From NCBI GenBank assembly GCA_963735595.1, contig CAVTLK010000004.1, positions 256,001 through 320,000 of the forward strand: a stretch of 64,000 nucleotides of DNA. The letters run 5' to 3'. This stretch comes from an uncultured delta proteobacterium (GTDB taxonomy: Bacteria; Desulfobacterota; Zymogenia; Zymogenales; Zymogenaceae). The position numbers and the translations under genes were made by a program. The notes beneath the pieces are model-generated. The model had not been told where the DNA came from. It saw nothing but the letters and a program-made list of their open reading frames with translations, and made no database searches. Positions 21,810-32,474 of this stretch are shown piece after piece. The first letter of the stretch is position 1. The number at the start of each line of letters is the position of its first letter.

Positions 21810-22274
21810 CTATTTCTCCGCTTTCTTGAGCTGGGGGGGGAGGTAATCGTTGAAGATGGTGAACTTGTGTTCGACGAACCTGAAGGAGTTGATCTTCGTG
21901 AAGGCCATGCGGCCCTGTTCGTCCGGCTCGGTCCAGTTGAGCCCCTCGGGGAACATGCAGTCCTGGTAAAAACCGGGGCCCAGCGGCGGCATGATGACGT
22001 CCCGCCCGGCGGCGTCCGGCGTCCTGATTCCCGTATACTTGCACCCCTTCTCGACGAAGAAGCGCGCCTGCCAGTAGGCCGGCGACGTCTTGTCCTCGCT
22101 CATCATATAGTCCGGGCCCGCGTAGAGCGTGAAGGAGCAGGGGACGAAGCCGCCGAGCTCCGCCTTCAGGTCGTCCACCCGGTCGGTGAAGACGCGCGGG
22201 TTGCCCTGCCACATGGGCTGGTCCCAGAAGACGAGGATCAGCGGCGTTACGGTGAGCTTGCGGGGCGGTTTCAT
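21810..22274 (-). CDS. Hypothetical 154-aa protein tightly coupled to the radical SAM gene
   Basis: AAGG RBS before MKPPRK; 3 bp from the rSAM start; upstream TTGACA-N17-TATATG promoter. Confidence 0.7.
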   Translation of the reverse strand: MKPPRKLTVTPLILVFWDQPMWQGNPRVFTDRVDDLKAELGGFVPCSFTLYAGPDYMMSEDKTSPAYWQARFFVEKGCKYTGIRTPDAAGRDVIMPPLGPGFYQDCMFPEGLNWTEPDEQGRMAFTKINSFRFVEHKFTIFNDYLPPQLKKAEK

Positions 22275-22597
22275 GCGGTTTTCCTTACCGATTGCCGGGG
22301 ACGCAGAGCGCCCCGGCGGGCTTTCCTTTGTGCCTTCGTGGTGATAATCGTCCGCTACGGTCCGGGAGGAAGACATTTACCACAAAGGCACGAAGACACG
22401 AAGGCGAAAGGATATAGGCGACACGAAGGGCTCGTCAGTAGGCCCGCGAATACCCTTTTTAATAGTATCCCCCTTCGTACTGCAACGGTGAACGCACTTT
22501 TTACATATAGCACCGCGCCGGGCCGTTGTCAATCGGAAGCCGCCGCGCCCCATCAATCGCCTTGACAATGTCCAAAATAATGGTACGATAGACAAAT

Positions 22598-23314
22598 ATG
22601 AGGAACTGGTTTAAGAAAACGTTCGAGAAAAAACCGGCAGGTCCAAAAACCGGGGAAGAACAGCAAAAAGAGCATACTATCTCCTCCCTCTACGAGATCG
22701 TCGAAGACCACCTCAAATCGCTCGACCACGATCAGCTCAAGGGCATCAGCAGCGATTTCGCCGAGCGCTTTGCCGCCCACCAGGAGATCATCTCCGAGAT
22801 CGTAAAAACCCCCACGCCCCGCGGCAAACGCGGGCTGGCGGCAGTCCGCACTGACGACGGCCCGGACGATTACGTCATGATCGACGCCAGGGCGCGCGTC
22901 GCGGCGGGCCTTCCCGTGCACAGCGCCGCCGGCGACCACCCGGACGAGATAATCCTCTCCCATTACGACCGGATGATCCGGTCGCAGTATGACCGCCTTA
23001 TCGACCTGACGATGGATTTCCTCCGGGGGGTCACGGACGCGGAGATCGGCAGGCTCGACGCCGAGACGGCCAGGATCGCCTCCGCTATCGGCGAGCTTCG
23101 CGACGCCCTGGCCGGACAGATCGAGCAGCTCGACGAAGACCTCGAAAACACCCGGCAGCTCCACCACAACCTCATCTTTTCCCTCGAAAAGCGGATAGTC
23201 GAGCAGAACCGGAGGGCCGACCTGGCGTGGCGGCGGATAAAGATCCTGATCGCCGCCGTCATTGGCGCGGGTCTCGTGGGCGCGGTCGCCCTTGTCCTTT
23301 CGCTTATCAGATAA
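22598..23314 (+). CDS. Hypothetical coiled-coil protein with C-terminal membrane anchor
   Basis: Helical heptads, hydrophobic C-terminus, TTGACA promoter at 22562. Confidence 0.7.
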   Translation: MRNWFKKTFEKKPAGPKTGEEQQKEHTISSLYEIVEDHLKSLDHDQLKGISSDFAERFAAHQEIISEIVKTPTPRGKRGLAAVRTDDGPDDYVMIDARARVAAGLPVHSAAGDHPDEIILSHYDRMIRSQYDRLIDLTMDFLRGVTDAEIGRLDAETARIASAIGELRDALAGQIEQLDEDLENTRQLHHNLIFSLEKRIVEQNRRADLAWRRIKILIAAVIGAGLVGAVALVLSLIR

Positions 23315-23359
23315 CCGCTACGGCCTTTCCTCGGGCGGTTTTCACAGCGGGCCTCATAC

Positions 23360-25696
23360 ATGGCGATTCGGATAAAAAGACCGAGAATCGGCATCACCCT
23401 CAGGTTCTTTCTGCTTTTTGCCTCCGTAGGCCTCATCCCCATCGGGTTCATGTCGTTTTACGCATTCTGGCAGATCAACCGGCAGGTCGCCTTCGAGGTC
23501 GAAAACAACCTGACCAACGTCGGTCTCCGTTTCAGGGACGACGTGAGCCGGACGATCGACGAGGCGACGCGGATAGACGACTCGATCGCCGCCGACCCGG
23601 TCTTTTCCGACGGGAGGGCGCGCCGGGCCGACATCGAGCGCGAGATGGAGCTGCTGCGGGACGAATCCCCGGAGATCAGGGGCCTCTACCTGCTGAAGGG
23701 AAGGGAGGTGCTGTCTTCCAGCGGGCCGCGGGCGTTTGTCAGCGGCGACCCGGGAATCCTGGACTTTTCCACCGCCGCCCCGTACGTTTCGGCCCCCCGC
23801 CCGTTTCCCGATAACGTAAACCCGGCGTTTCTCGTGTCTGTCCCGGTCAAAACGGGGGCGGGCGGCATGCCGACGGTGCTGGTCGCCGCCGTGGACGCGC
23901 GCGCCCTGATGGACGCGGCGCGCCTGGTCAGGATCGGGGAGACGGGGCGCGCCTACGTCATCGACGATTCGGGAAACGTCGTGGCGGGGCCGGACGCGGC
24001 CGGCCTCTTCATGCCGTTTGCCGACGAGGCAGTCACGCGGCGGATAGCCACCGTGGGAGAGGGCATCATCCACTACACCGTCCACAATACCGACGGGCCG
24101 GACCTGCGCCACATCGCCTTTGTCGCGTCGGTGCCGGAGAGGGAGCGGCCGTTGCCCCGGGGCCTCCGGGTGCTGGTCACCTACGGTGAGGACGAGGCCT
24201 ACCTGGTCGCCGATCAAATCGGCGACAGCATCGGCGTCGCCCTCATCATGATACTCGCGGCAACCTCGCTCTTTTCCTTCCTGCTCTCCCGGACGATAAC
24301 GCGTCCCATCAGGGAGATCAGCCGGGGCACCGAGCGGATCAGGGCGGGGGATTTTTCGCGGGAGATCACGGTGCGCTCCCGCGACGAAATCGGCGAGCTT
24401 GCCCGGTCGTTCAACCGCATGGCCGGGGAGCTTTCGATCTCCCGGGAATTCATGGAGAACTACAACCGGGAGCTGGAGCGGCAGGTGCAGGAGCGGAGCC
24501 AAAAGCTCGAAGACTCCGAGCGGAAGTACCGGATGGTGGTGGAGGGGTCGGGCGACGGCTGGACGATCCTGGGGGAGGACCTCTCGATCCTGTTTGCCAA
24601 CGATACGCTGGCCCGGATGCTGGGCGTGCGGCCGACCAAACTCGCCCGCACGAACCTCTCGGAATTCCTCTCGCGCGGCGAAGAGGTGCGGGTGCGCGAA
24701 GCGGTAGCCCGGGTGATCGGGCGGGCCGGGTCCGTCCGGGCGCTCACCTTTGAGGCCGAGGGGGCCGGCGAAAGGCGGATCGTTTTTTCGGGGACGTTTT
24801 CGGCAATGCCGGCCGACACGGACGGCCGGGTCATCGCGCACCTGGTTGACCAGACCGGGCTTGTGGAGCTCGAGGCGCAGAAGGAACGGCTCCAATTGGA
24901 GCTGATGGAGCGGTCCAAGCACTCCCAGATCGGGATCATGACCGAGGGCCTGTTCCACAACCTCAACAACCCCCTGCAGGGGCTCCTCGGCCTGTTGCGT
25001 GTCATACAGCAGGATATCGGCCGGACGCTCGGGGGGCGGGACGCGCCCGGGGACGCGCAGATTGAGGCGTCCGGCCAGATCGTCCGCGACGTGGACGAGA
25101 CCTACGCCATCGCCCGGCGTCTTTCCGACCAGGTCAAGAACCTGTTGATGAAGATCAGGAAAGAATCCAGGCGCAAGGTCGAGGACCTCGACCTCAACGC
25201 GATCGTACGGGCGGAGGTGGCGTTCCTGGAGGCCGACCTCTTCTTCAAGCACAAGGTGGAAAAACGGCTCTCGCTGGCCGACCGGCTCCCCCTGCTCCCC
25301 GGGGTCTATTCGGACATCTCGCAGAGCTTCGTGAACATCATCCTCAACGCGACCGACGCCATGCGCGAGTCGGCCGAGCGGCGGCTCACCATCACCACGG
25401 CGCTCGAAAAAAAGAGGATCGCCGTGACCTTTCACGACACCGGCAGCGGGATAGACGAAGCGAGCCTGCCCCACATCTTTGACCCCTTCTTTACCACCAA
25501 GTACGAAAAGGAGCAGGGGACGGGGCTGGGGCTCTATACCGTCGATTTTCTCCTGAAACCCTACCGGGTGGGCTACCGGGTCACGTCACGGCCGGGAGAC
25601 ACGTCCATTTCGCTGCTCTTTCCCACGAAAGGGCTGGGCAGGAAAAAGGAGAAGGCCGGCGCCGAAACGGCCCTTGCCGAAGAAACGGCCGGATGA
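23360..25696 (+). CDS. Sensor histidine kinase (TM-Cache-like-TM-HAMP-PAS-HisKA-HATPase)
   Basis: DEIGELARSFNRM, HNLNNPL, NIILNA, DTGSGI, FDPFFTTK, GTGLGL. Confidence 0.93.
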   Translation: MAIRIKRPRIGITLRFFLLFASVGLIPIGFMSFYAFWQINRQVAFEVENNLTNVGLRFRDDVSRTIDEATRIDDSIAADPVFSDGRARRADIEREMELLRDESPEIRGLYLLKGREVLSSSGPRAFVSGDPGILDFSTAAPYVSAPRPFPDNVNPAFLVSVPVKTGAGGMPTVLVAAVDARALMDAARLVRIGETGRAYVIDDSGNVVAGPDAAGLFMPFADEAVTRRIATVGEGIIHYTVHNTDGPDLRHIAFVASVPERERPLPRGLRVLVTYGEDEAYLVADQIGDSIGVALIMILAATSLFSFLLSRTITRPIREISRGTERIRAGDFSREITVRSRDEIGELARSFNRMAGELSISREFMENYNRELERQVQERSQKLEDSERKYRMVVEGSGDGWTILGEDLSILFANDTLARMLGVRPTKLARTNLSEFLSRGEEVRVREAVARVIGRAGSVRALTFEAEGAGERRIVFSGTFSAMPADTDGRVIAHLVDQTGLVELEAQKERLQLELMERSKHSQIGIMTEGLFHNLNNPLQGLLGLLRVIQQDIGRTLGGRDAPGDAQIEASGQIVRDVDETYAIARRLSDQVKNLLMKIRKESRRKVEDLDLNAIVRAEVAFLEADLFFKHKVEKRLSLADRLPLLPGVYSDISQSFVNIILNATDAMRESAERRLTITTALEKKRIAVTFHDTGSGIDEASLPHIFDPFFTTKYEKEQGTGLGLYTVDFLLKPYRVGYRVTSRPGDTSISLLFPTKGLGRKKEKAGAETALAEETAG

Positions 25697-25812
25697 TCCC
25701 GGCGGTGTCGTTCCGGGTTAGAAGGAATAGGTGCGGTACGTAAGACACGCTTCTTCCCTCTCGTTCACCCCACGTGTTCTACTATTAAGTAACGCGGATT
25801 TTCCTAGCGGGA

Positions 25813-26433
25813 TTAACTGATCGCGGCAGAAAACAACAAATATATGATCGACGCCACGAGAGTAAGGCTGAAGTAGATCAGCAATGCTATCAGACAGCCT
25901 TTACCCTTTTGCGGGAGCCCGGTCGCCCTTTGATTCTTTGAGGCTTCGCCGAGGAAGACGCCGACCAGCACGAAACATACCAGAAAGACGATAAAGCCCA
26001 GAATGGGCACTATTCCTACGAAGGCCACTAGACCGGGCGAGGCGATGCTGGCGATTGCCATGATAAAGGCGAGAAAAGACGGCACCAGGTAGGAGACAAG
26101 GATGAGAACGCTCACCTTTACGTAGTTTCTGGAGGCGGCGGGTGGTGGTGTGAAACGGGGAGAGGGAGTCTCTCTTTTCGATTCCGAGCCGGGTGACGTA
26201 TCCTCGAAACCGGGGACGACGTTTCGCTCGATGACCATCTCCGGCTCGGCTTCGGTCCTCGTTTCTCTATTGGCTTCCCCGATCGGGAAGGAGACGCCGA
26301 TCCGGGGATCGTCCGTCTTCAGGATTTTAAACTTCCGTTTGCACGTCGGGCATCCGACAATGCGGCCCTCCTCCGGGACAAGCTTCTCGCTTATATTCCC
26401 GCTATAGTGGCAATAGGGACACGTTATTTTCAT
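25813..26433 (-). CDS. Zinc-ribbon (MJ0042-like) membrane protein
   Basis: CPYC...CPTC plus 3 TM segments. Confidence 0.8.
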   Translation of the reverse strand: MKITCPYCHYSGNISEKLVPEEGRIVGCPTCKRKFKILKTDDPRIGVSFPIGEANRETRTEAEPEMVIERNVVPGFEDTSPGSESKRETPSPRFTPPPAASRNYVKVSVLILVSYLVPSFLAFIMAIASIASPGLVAFVGIVPILGFIVFLVCFVLVGVFLGEASKNQRATGLPQKGKGCLIALLIYFSLTLVASIIYLLFSAAIS

Positions 26434-26492
26434 ACGTCGCTCATGTCATATTTGCACGTTTCAGGGAGGATTATAAGGACCGGGTCGGGTCG

Positions 26493-26927
26493 TCACGAGA
26501 ACCTAGTCCCTAGGGGATTTCCATAGGCGTCCTGTTTCATGACGTCAGCCAGTATCAGTATCCCCTCGATAAAACCCCAGACGGCGCCGATTCCGCATGT
26601 CAAGCACGTTACGACGATCTGGACGATGCCGATACCGATATACCCCAGGTAGAAGCGATGTATGCCTATTCCCCCCAGGAAGATCCCGAATAGACCTGCG
26701 GCGATCTTCGATTTCCCGACCACTTGCTTGTCCCGGAGCTCCTGCGCGGTGGGGAACACCTCCTTGGCCATGCCGTCTGTGACAACAAAATCTACCTGCA
26801 TCCCGGCGCGGGGGGGGAACGTGTATTTCCAGTCATGTACCTTGAATGGAAAGCGCCTTTCTCCGGTACTGATGACTCCCGAAAGGGTATTCATGTCGTA
26901 GCCCAACACGTATCCGATCTCACCCAT
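26493..26927 (-). CDS. TM2 domain protein with N-terminal OB/cold-shock-like domain
   Basis: KSKIAAGLFGIFLGGIGIHRFYLG. Confidence 0.88.
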   Translation of the reverse strand: MGEIGYVLGYDMNTLSGVISTGERRFPFKVHDWKYTFPPRAGMQVDFVVTDGMAKEVFPTAQELRDKQVVGKSKIAAGLFGIFLGGIGIHRFYLGYIGIGIVQIVVTCLTCGIGAVWGFIEGILILADVMKQDAYGNPLGTRFS

Positions 26928-27410
26928 TACCCGACCTCCTTAACGCCCTTATCATTTTCCGGCTCTCAGGGATTCATTTGAGCCGATCCGCCTAGCCGAA
27001 GGATCTAAGCATTGACAATAAAAGTACATTAAACAAAGAGCGTTTGTCAATGAAAAACCCGAGAGTACAGCATAAAGGTTTTCTATATACTTGCTAATTT
27101 ACTCGCCTGGGGGAAATGACGCATACGAGCGGATTACTTCGATGCGAAGGGGGGCCGGTGGCCCCCCTTTTTATTGCCCGCCGCGTTTCCGTCGTCACTT
27201 CGCCGTCATTGACGGGAGGCGTGCGTCTCCCATCGGGGCCCCCGCGGAGCCTGCTCCGTGGGGCGACGGTCTATCCCCTGACTACGGGGGAGGGACGTGA
27301 GGCCGGCCGGCGTTCGCGCGAGACAGTGAGGGGATTGCCACGGGCCCTTCAGGCCCTCGCAAAGACGTTGGAAACGAGACGGCCGCTCCTTCAATTCGCC
27401 CTTTGCCGTA

Positions 27411-28073
27411 CTACCGGTCGAGGAGGCCGACGACGATCCGGCAGTGATCGTTGCCCTTTTGCGCCTGGCAGTATTCCTCCTTCCCCTTTATCGCCGAGAT
27501 GACCTTTTCGTCCGCGCCCTTTTCTTTCAAAATGAGGCGCAGCATCGAGACGAGCCAGCCCACCTGGTAGTCGCAGAAGGTCTGCTTGTAGTCTATCTTC
27601 AGCCCCGTGTTCCTCTCGGCGGCCGATTCCATTATCCGCACCACGGTCGTGGAGGAGGGGTGGTTCTTCAGCAGGCACACGATCCTCGGGTTCCCGGGGT
27701 TTAAGTCTATCTCCGGGTGCTGGTAGATTCCCCAGCCGGTCGCAAGCCCGATCGTCCCATAGTAATTGATGAGGCTCTCGTCCCACTTCGCATATCCCGC
27801 CTGGACCGTCTCGATGGAAAACAGCTCCGAAGCGTAGTACCCGCCGTGGTACATGAGGTTCTTCATGCCGTTCTGGCCCATCATTTCGAAGATGGCCAGC
27901 GTCATCGGGGCGAACATAAGATCGCGGGTCGTGAAGATCGCGTTGAGGCCCATGGTCTTGAGCATTGCCACGTCGGCCCCGTCCCGCTGGTGCTTGAGGT
28001 CCTGCAGAATAGTGCCGAGGAGACCCGAAGCGGTCTCAAAGATGTTGTTGTCGATCGCCAGCTTGTCGCTCAT
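27411..28073 (-). CDS. Stand-alone XylR-N/V4R-like ligand-binding protein
   Basis: GWG, FCDYQVGW, EEYCQAQKGNDHCRI. Confidence 0.75.
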   Translation of the reverse strand: MSDKLAIDNNIFETASGLLGTILQDLKHQRDGADVAMLKTMGLNAIFTTRDLMFAPMTLAIFEMMGQNGMKNLMYHGGYYASELFSIETVQAGYAKWDESLINYYGTIGLATGWGIYQHPEIDLNPGNPRIVCLLKNHPSSTTVVRIMESAAERNTGLKIDYKQTFCDYQVGWLVSMLRLILKEKGADEKVISAIKGKEEYCQAQKGNDHCRIVVGLLDR

Positions 28074-28282
28074 CAGTAACTCCAAAAAGAGGTGTTGAAT
28101 GCACTTTGAATGTACTTGAAGGTAACAGGCCGATCGCCCCCGCGTCAAGCGAATAGATACGCGTTTGCGCAATATGCAAATTATTATTTGTACTTATCTC
28201 TGCTTTTGTTACAGAAATGAATCGCGGGCCATTTTTCAATGGGACGGCCGGCGGGAACGGCGTGTCGTGTCCGTCTCCGGCG

Positions 28283-29206
28283 TTACTCCCCCGCTATCGC
28301 GGGCCGGCTTCCGGCGGCCCCCCGGGGAGCGGGGCGGCGGGCGTCATTATAAAACCAGATGTGGCGGGCGCGGCGGGCGTCGCGACGGTCTCCTTCTCCC
28401 ACGGGGATGAGAATTTCGCGGACCGGGACCCTGTTCCTGTGGTAGGTGTAGCCCCCGAAAAAGCCGATGACCAGAAATACCAGCGCGGTGACGACGGGTA
28501 TCATCAGCGTCGCGAGATCGAGGCCCGGGGACGCCTTCTTCGGGACGAGGATGGGCCTGGGCGGGGCGGCGGCGTCCCGGCGCGGGGCGGCGTCTTCGGG
28601 CGGCGCGGTACCCTTCCGGGCGTCCTCCCGGCCTTCCGCCGGCGCACCGGCGGCCGGGGGCGGGGGAGGCGCGGGCTGATCGGGGGCCGTCGTTCCGTCC
28701 GGGACGGGGTCGGACGCCGGAGGAGGGGAGGCCGTGGCGCGGCTCCTCTTTCTTTACCGGTGCCGCATCGTGTGCCGGGGGCGGGGCGACGAGCGGCGGC
28801 GTCCTTCGGTTTTGGCGGGGGGCGGGTGCGGTCCCGTCGGCCGCGGGAGGCGCGCCGTCCTTTGGTTTTTCGGCAGGGGCCGCCGTTGCGGCCGGGACGG
28901 GGTCGGGCGCCGGTGGAGGGGAGGCCGTGACGGGCTCCTTTTTCTTCACGGGGGCGGCGGGGCGTGACGGCGGGGGCGCGGGCCCGGCGGGGGCCGTCTT
29001 TGGCCTATCGACGGGTGGGGCGGCGGTCGCCTTGGGGGCCGGGTGGACACCGGCCAGGGCATCGGGGGCGATCCCGACGCCGTCCTGCCCCTTTTCACGA
29101 AAAACGGTTTCTTGCACTGGAGGCAATCGACGGTGCGGCCCGCATCCGGGACCATGCTGTCCTTCAGAGTGCCCGTGAACCCGCAATGTGGACAAATAGC
29201 CTGCAT
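28283..29206 (-). CDS. Zinc-ribbon protein with Pro/Ala-rich linker and C-terminal TM; several frameshifts
   Basis: MQAICPHC..CLQC start, PA-rich middle in another frame, TM (28283-28504) in a third. Confidence 0.6.
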
Positions 29207-29303
29207 CTATGAACCTCGCGTGATCCCGAAGGGTGACAGTAGAAGGATAAACGTATGCTGAAACCGTGTCAAGCCTATTAATAGGCGTTCCGGGGGCGGC
29301 GGG

Positions 29304-29321
29304 GTGTGATTTATATCACAC
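29304..29321. promoter_or_regulatory. CRP/FNR-family binding site
   Basis: GTGTGATTTATATCACAC contains a perfect TGTGA-N6-TCACA. Confidence 0.65.
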
Positions 29322-29465
29322 TTTGGCGTCATTGCGGGGGAATCCGATTCTGTTACGGAAATGAGTCAAAAGGGGACTTTACTCTTTTCCTTCTTGTTTA
29401 CAGGAAACCGGCGGGGTGCTATATTCCCGGTCATGGAAACGGTGCGGACCGTACAGGAAGGACGA

Positions 29466-30338
29466 ATGAATAAAAGGCACATATCCGTGGTGATTACCGA
29501 CCTGGACAACACCCTGTTCGACTGGTTCGGGATCTGGTACCGGTGCTTTCGGCCGATGCTGGGCGAGATCGTGAGGATAAGCGGCGTGCCGGAGGAGACG
29601 ATCATCGGGGAGATACAAGCGGTCCACCGGAAATACGGGACCACGGAATACGCGTTCCTCATCGAGGAGCTCCCGTCGGTCAGGCAGCGGCACCCCGGCG
29701 GGAACATACCCGAGATCTACGCGAGCGCCATCGAGGCCTACCGGGAAAACCGGCGGCGGCACCTGAGGCTCTACCCCACGGTGATGGAGACGCTCGCCGC
29801 GATAAAGGAGGCGGGCTGCCTGCTGGTGGCCTACACGGAATCGGTGGAATTCTACACGAATTACCGGGTCAGGAAGCTCGGGCTGGACGGCGTGATCGAT
29901 ATCGTCTATTCCCCGAAAGACCACGAGGTGCCGGAGGGCTTCGCGCGCGCCTACCCGCCGGAGGCCTACGCGTTTGCCCGGACGGTGCAGCGGCACACGC
30001 CCGAAAACGAATACAAGCCCAACCCGGAGGTCCTGCTGGGCATCATCGGCGACATCGGCGCCCCGAAGGACGAGGTGCTCTACGTGGGCGACAGCCTGGC
30101 CAAGGACGTGCTGATGGCCCGGGCCGCCGGCGTGCTGGACGTGTTCGCCGCGTACGGCCGGGCGCAGGAACGGGAGGTGTATGACCTGCTGGCGCGCGTC
30201 ACCCACTGGACGGCGGAGATGGTCGAGAGGGAACGGTCCGTCGGCGCGAAAGACGTTGCGCCGAGCATTACGCTGGCGGGGGAATTCGCCGAGATACGCG
30301 AGCACGTCGATTTCGCGGGGTTTGGGGGGAGGGGGTGA
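29466..30338 (+). CDS. HAD-superfamily hydrolase
   Basis: DLDNTL motif I, KPNP, YVGDSLAKD motif IV. Confidence 0.9.
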   Translation: MNKRHISVVITDLDNTLFDWFGIWYRCFRPMLGEIVRISGVPEETIIGEIQAVHRKYGTTEYAFLIEELPSVRQRHPGGNIPEIYASAIEAYRENRRRHLRLYPTVMETLAAIKEAGCLLVAYTESVEFYTNYRVRKLGLDGVIDIVYSPKDHEVPEGFARAYPPEAYAFARTVQRHTPENEYKPNPEVLLGIIGDIGAPKDEVLYVGDSLAKDVLMARAAGVLDVFAAYGRAQEREVYDLLARVTHWTAEMVERERSVGAKDVAPSITLAGEFAEIREHVDFAGFGGRG

Positions 30339-30564
30339 GGGCTCCCGCTCGATTCACCGTCATTGCGAGGAGGCCCCGACGGGGCGTGGCAATCCCCTGA
30401 CTGTCACCGGGAGTCGTGTAAGTGTTTCTATTTGCTTAAGTAAGCTTGTAAGGCTTCAAACTTAGCAAAGTTAATCTGGGGGATAGAAAAGGAGGCGTGG
30501 GTTTACGATTCCGCGGTTGTCAGGAGTGTAGACCTGACCTTATGGGCCTTACAATTGAGGGGGG

Positions 30565-31513
30565 TTATGTTACCTTTTTGATTGAATTTCTTCTATCCGC
30601 TTTAGACAGTTCATCAACATATCCGACTGTTTCAGAAAGTCCCGGTCTATAATTCGTTGGATGCGCACATTCATTTCTCTTGCTTAAAAGGCCATGGATT
30701 GAATTCATTTCTGATTTTGAAAATACTTTTATTTCACGTAACATTATTATGATTGCATGCTCAGTTACATTTTCTCTCAAATCATCTATATTTTCTATCT
30801 TCAATTTTGATAAGTTCTCTTTGTCGGCAATAATTTTCTTTATTCCATAAGCAGTCAATTGGTCTCCCAGGTAATCCATAAATCCTATCCAGGCAACAAC
30901 GTGTGCCGCACCAAAAATCCCATTTTCAATGCATACTTGAGCCTGTCTAAACAACTCACTTTGCTGATCAGAGAGCTTATTGCCTTGCTTTTTAGTATCA
31001 TCTGAGATCGTTTTAGCTTCAACTTTATTTTCACTTTTCTTAGGAACTGTTGCTTCCTGTTTTTTTTCTTCACTTTTCGGTTTATCACCAAAATCGGCTA
31101 AAGAGCACAAATATAAAAATGTTCTTTTAGCTTTAGTAATATCTTCACCTTCCAAGGATGAATTTTCTCGGAAATAATCGGCTAATTCTAATTTACTTTT
31201 CGTATGTGCGTCCGGGAATTTTGCAAACAATTCTTGATAGTTCTTTTTTATTGCTTTTGCCAAAGCCTTTTTAGGGCTCTTCGAAGATTTATATCCAATC
31301 CAAACGGAAGTAGGTTTTTTAGCGTCATCAATAAAACCTGTGAATTTAAGTATTTGAAACATACCCGAGCTGATCTTCATTATCCAAATCAAGAAAATTA
31401 AACCACGCACCATTTACCTCTTTCGGGACATCTACTTTCCTTATTTCCGACATTAGTTTATTAAGTTTATTAAGTTTCCCCACTGATTCAATATACGGAA
31501 ATGTTTCACTCAT
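30565..31513 (-). CDS. AT-rich DUF5343-like N-domain fused to a HEPN-like C-domain; one frameshift near 31365
   Basis: Manual start MSETFPYIESVGKL at 31513 joins MFQILKFTGFID after removing one base; RNECAH motif. Confidence 0.65.
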
Positions 31514-31819
31514 TATTCACCTGGAGGTTGTCTTAGTTCTTAGGACAGGGAACAGGGGTTTAAAAGTGGGAGACTGCTCTGTGTTAAGGTTCATGCCGTA
31601 GCCTGTTTCTGCGATTCTATGCCGTGGTAAACCATAGTCGGGTCTTTCTGTAAAAAGTTGTTACGTCAAATACCCCGGTTAGCCAGAAGGATAAATCCAT
31701 ACTAAACAAGTGTCAAGCATTTTTCGATAAGGAAATCTATCTGTATGAATAGAGTGGAAGAATGTATTAAGAGTTCTCTTTATACCAGTCTCGGGCGTCG
31801 TATACAGCACAAACCACAC

Positions 31820-32005
31820 TCGTCGTTGCGAGGGAGTGAAACGACCGCGGCAATCTCATCACCGTCGGAGACAATAAGGAGTTAATGGCCTTTGGCAACT
31901 GAGAGATTGCCGCGTCGGGCTTTCGCCCTCCTCGCAATGACGGGATGGGTACTCGGTGAAAGTCAGAAAGGTTGCTTCGTCACTTCCCTCCTCGCAATGA
32001 CGGAG
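31820..32005. repeat. GTCATTGCG-family REP-like units
   Basis: GTCGTTGCGAGGGAG..GCAATC; GATTGCC..CCTCGCAATGAC and a second CCTCGCAATGAC. Confidence 0.8.
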
Positions 32006-32064
32006 AAGCGCCAACCGGCGCATTACCCGCTGTCACCGGCGCCCGCAGCCGCGGCCGATTCGTC

Positions 32065-32349
32065 CTATTCGTCCCCGTCCGGCTCCGGGCTGGCGTCCTC
32101 GTCCCGTGGCGGGGCGGCGGCCGGCATGTCCGTGTACCTGTTTCTTCTCAGCAGCGCGTTGGAGATGAGGTATATCACCAGCTGGACCATGGCTAAAAAG
32201 AGCAATAGGGCCAGCAAGAGGAAGCCGGCCAGGGCCAGATTTTCCGTCAACCGGCCGGAAATCATCAGCACCACGAATACGCCGCCCGTTAAAAAGGCGA
32301 CGGACAGAAACGTCACGATATAAAATCTCTCTCTGTTTAACGGGCTCAT
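32065..32349 (-). CDS. Small 2-TM membrane protein
   Basis: Hydrophobic 94-aa ORF with RBS. Confidence 0.6.
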   Translation of the reverse strand: MSPLNRERFYIVTFLSVAFLTGGVFVVLMISGRLTENLALAGFLLLALLLFLAMVQLVIYLISNALLRRNRYTDMPAAAPPRDEDASPEPDGDE

Positions 32350-32474
32350 CGGAAAACCTTCTTCTCATGGAGGATAAAATCGCCGACTCGCGCGATAGTG
32401 TATGTGAAAGGGCCGTGAGAGTCAAATATAAACGTGGGGCGCGGGCGGCGAAGAGACCGATGCGGCAGTCTATA

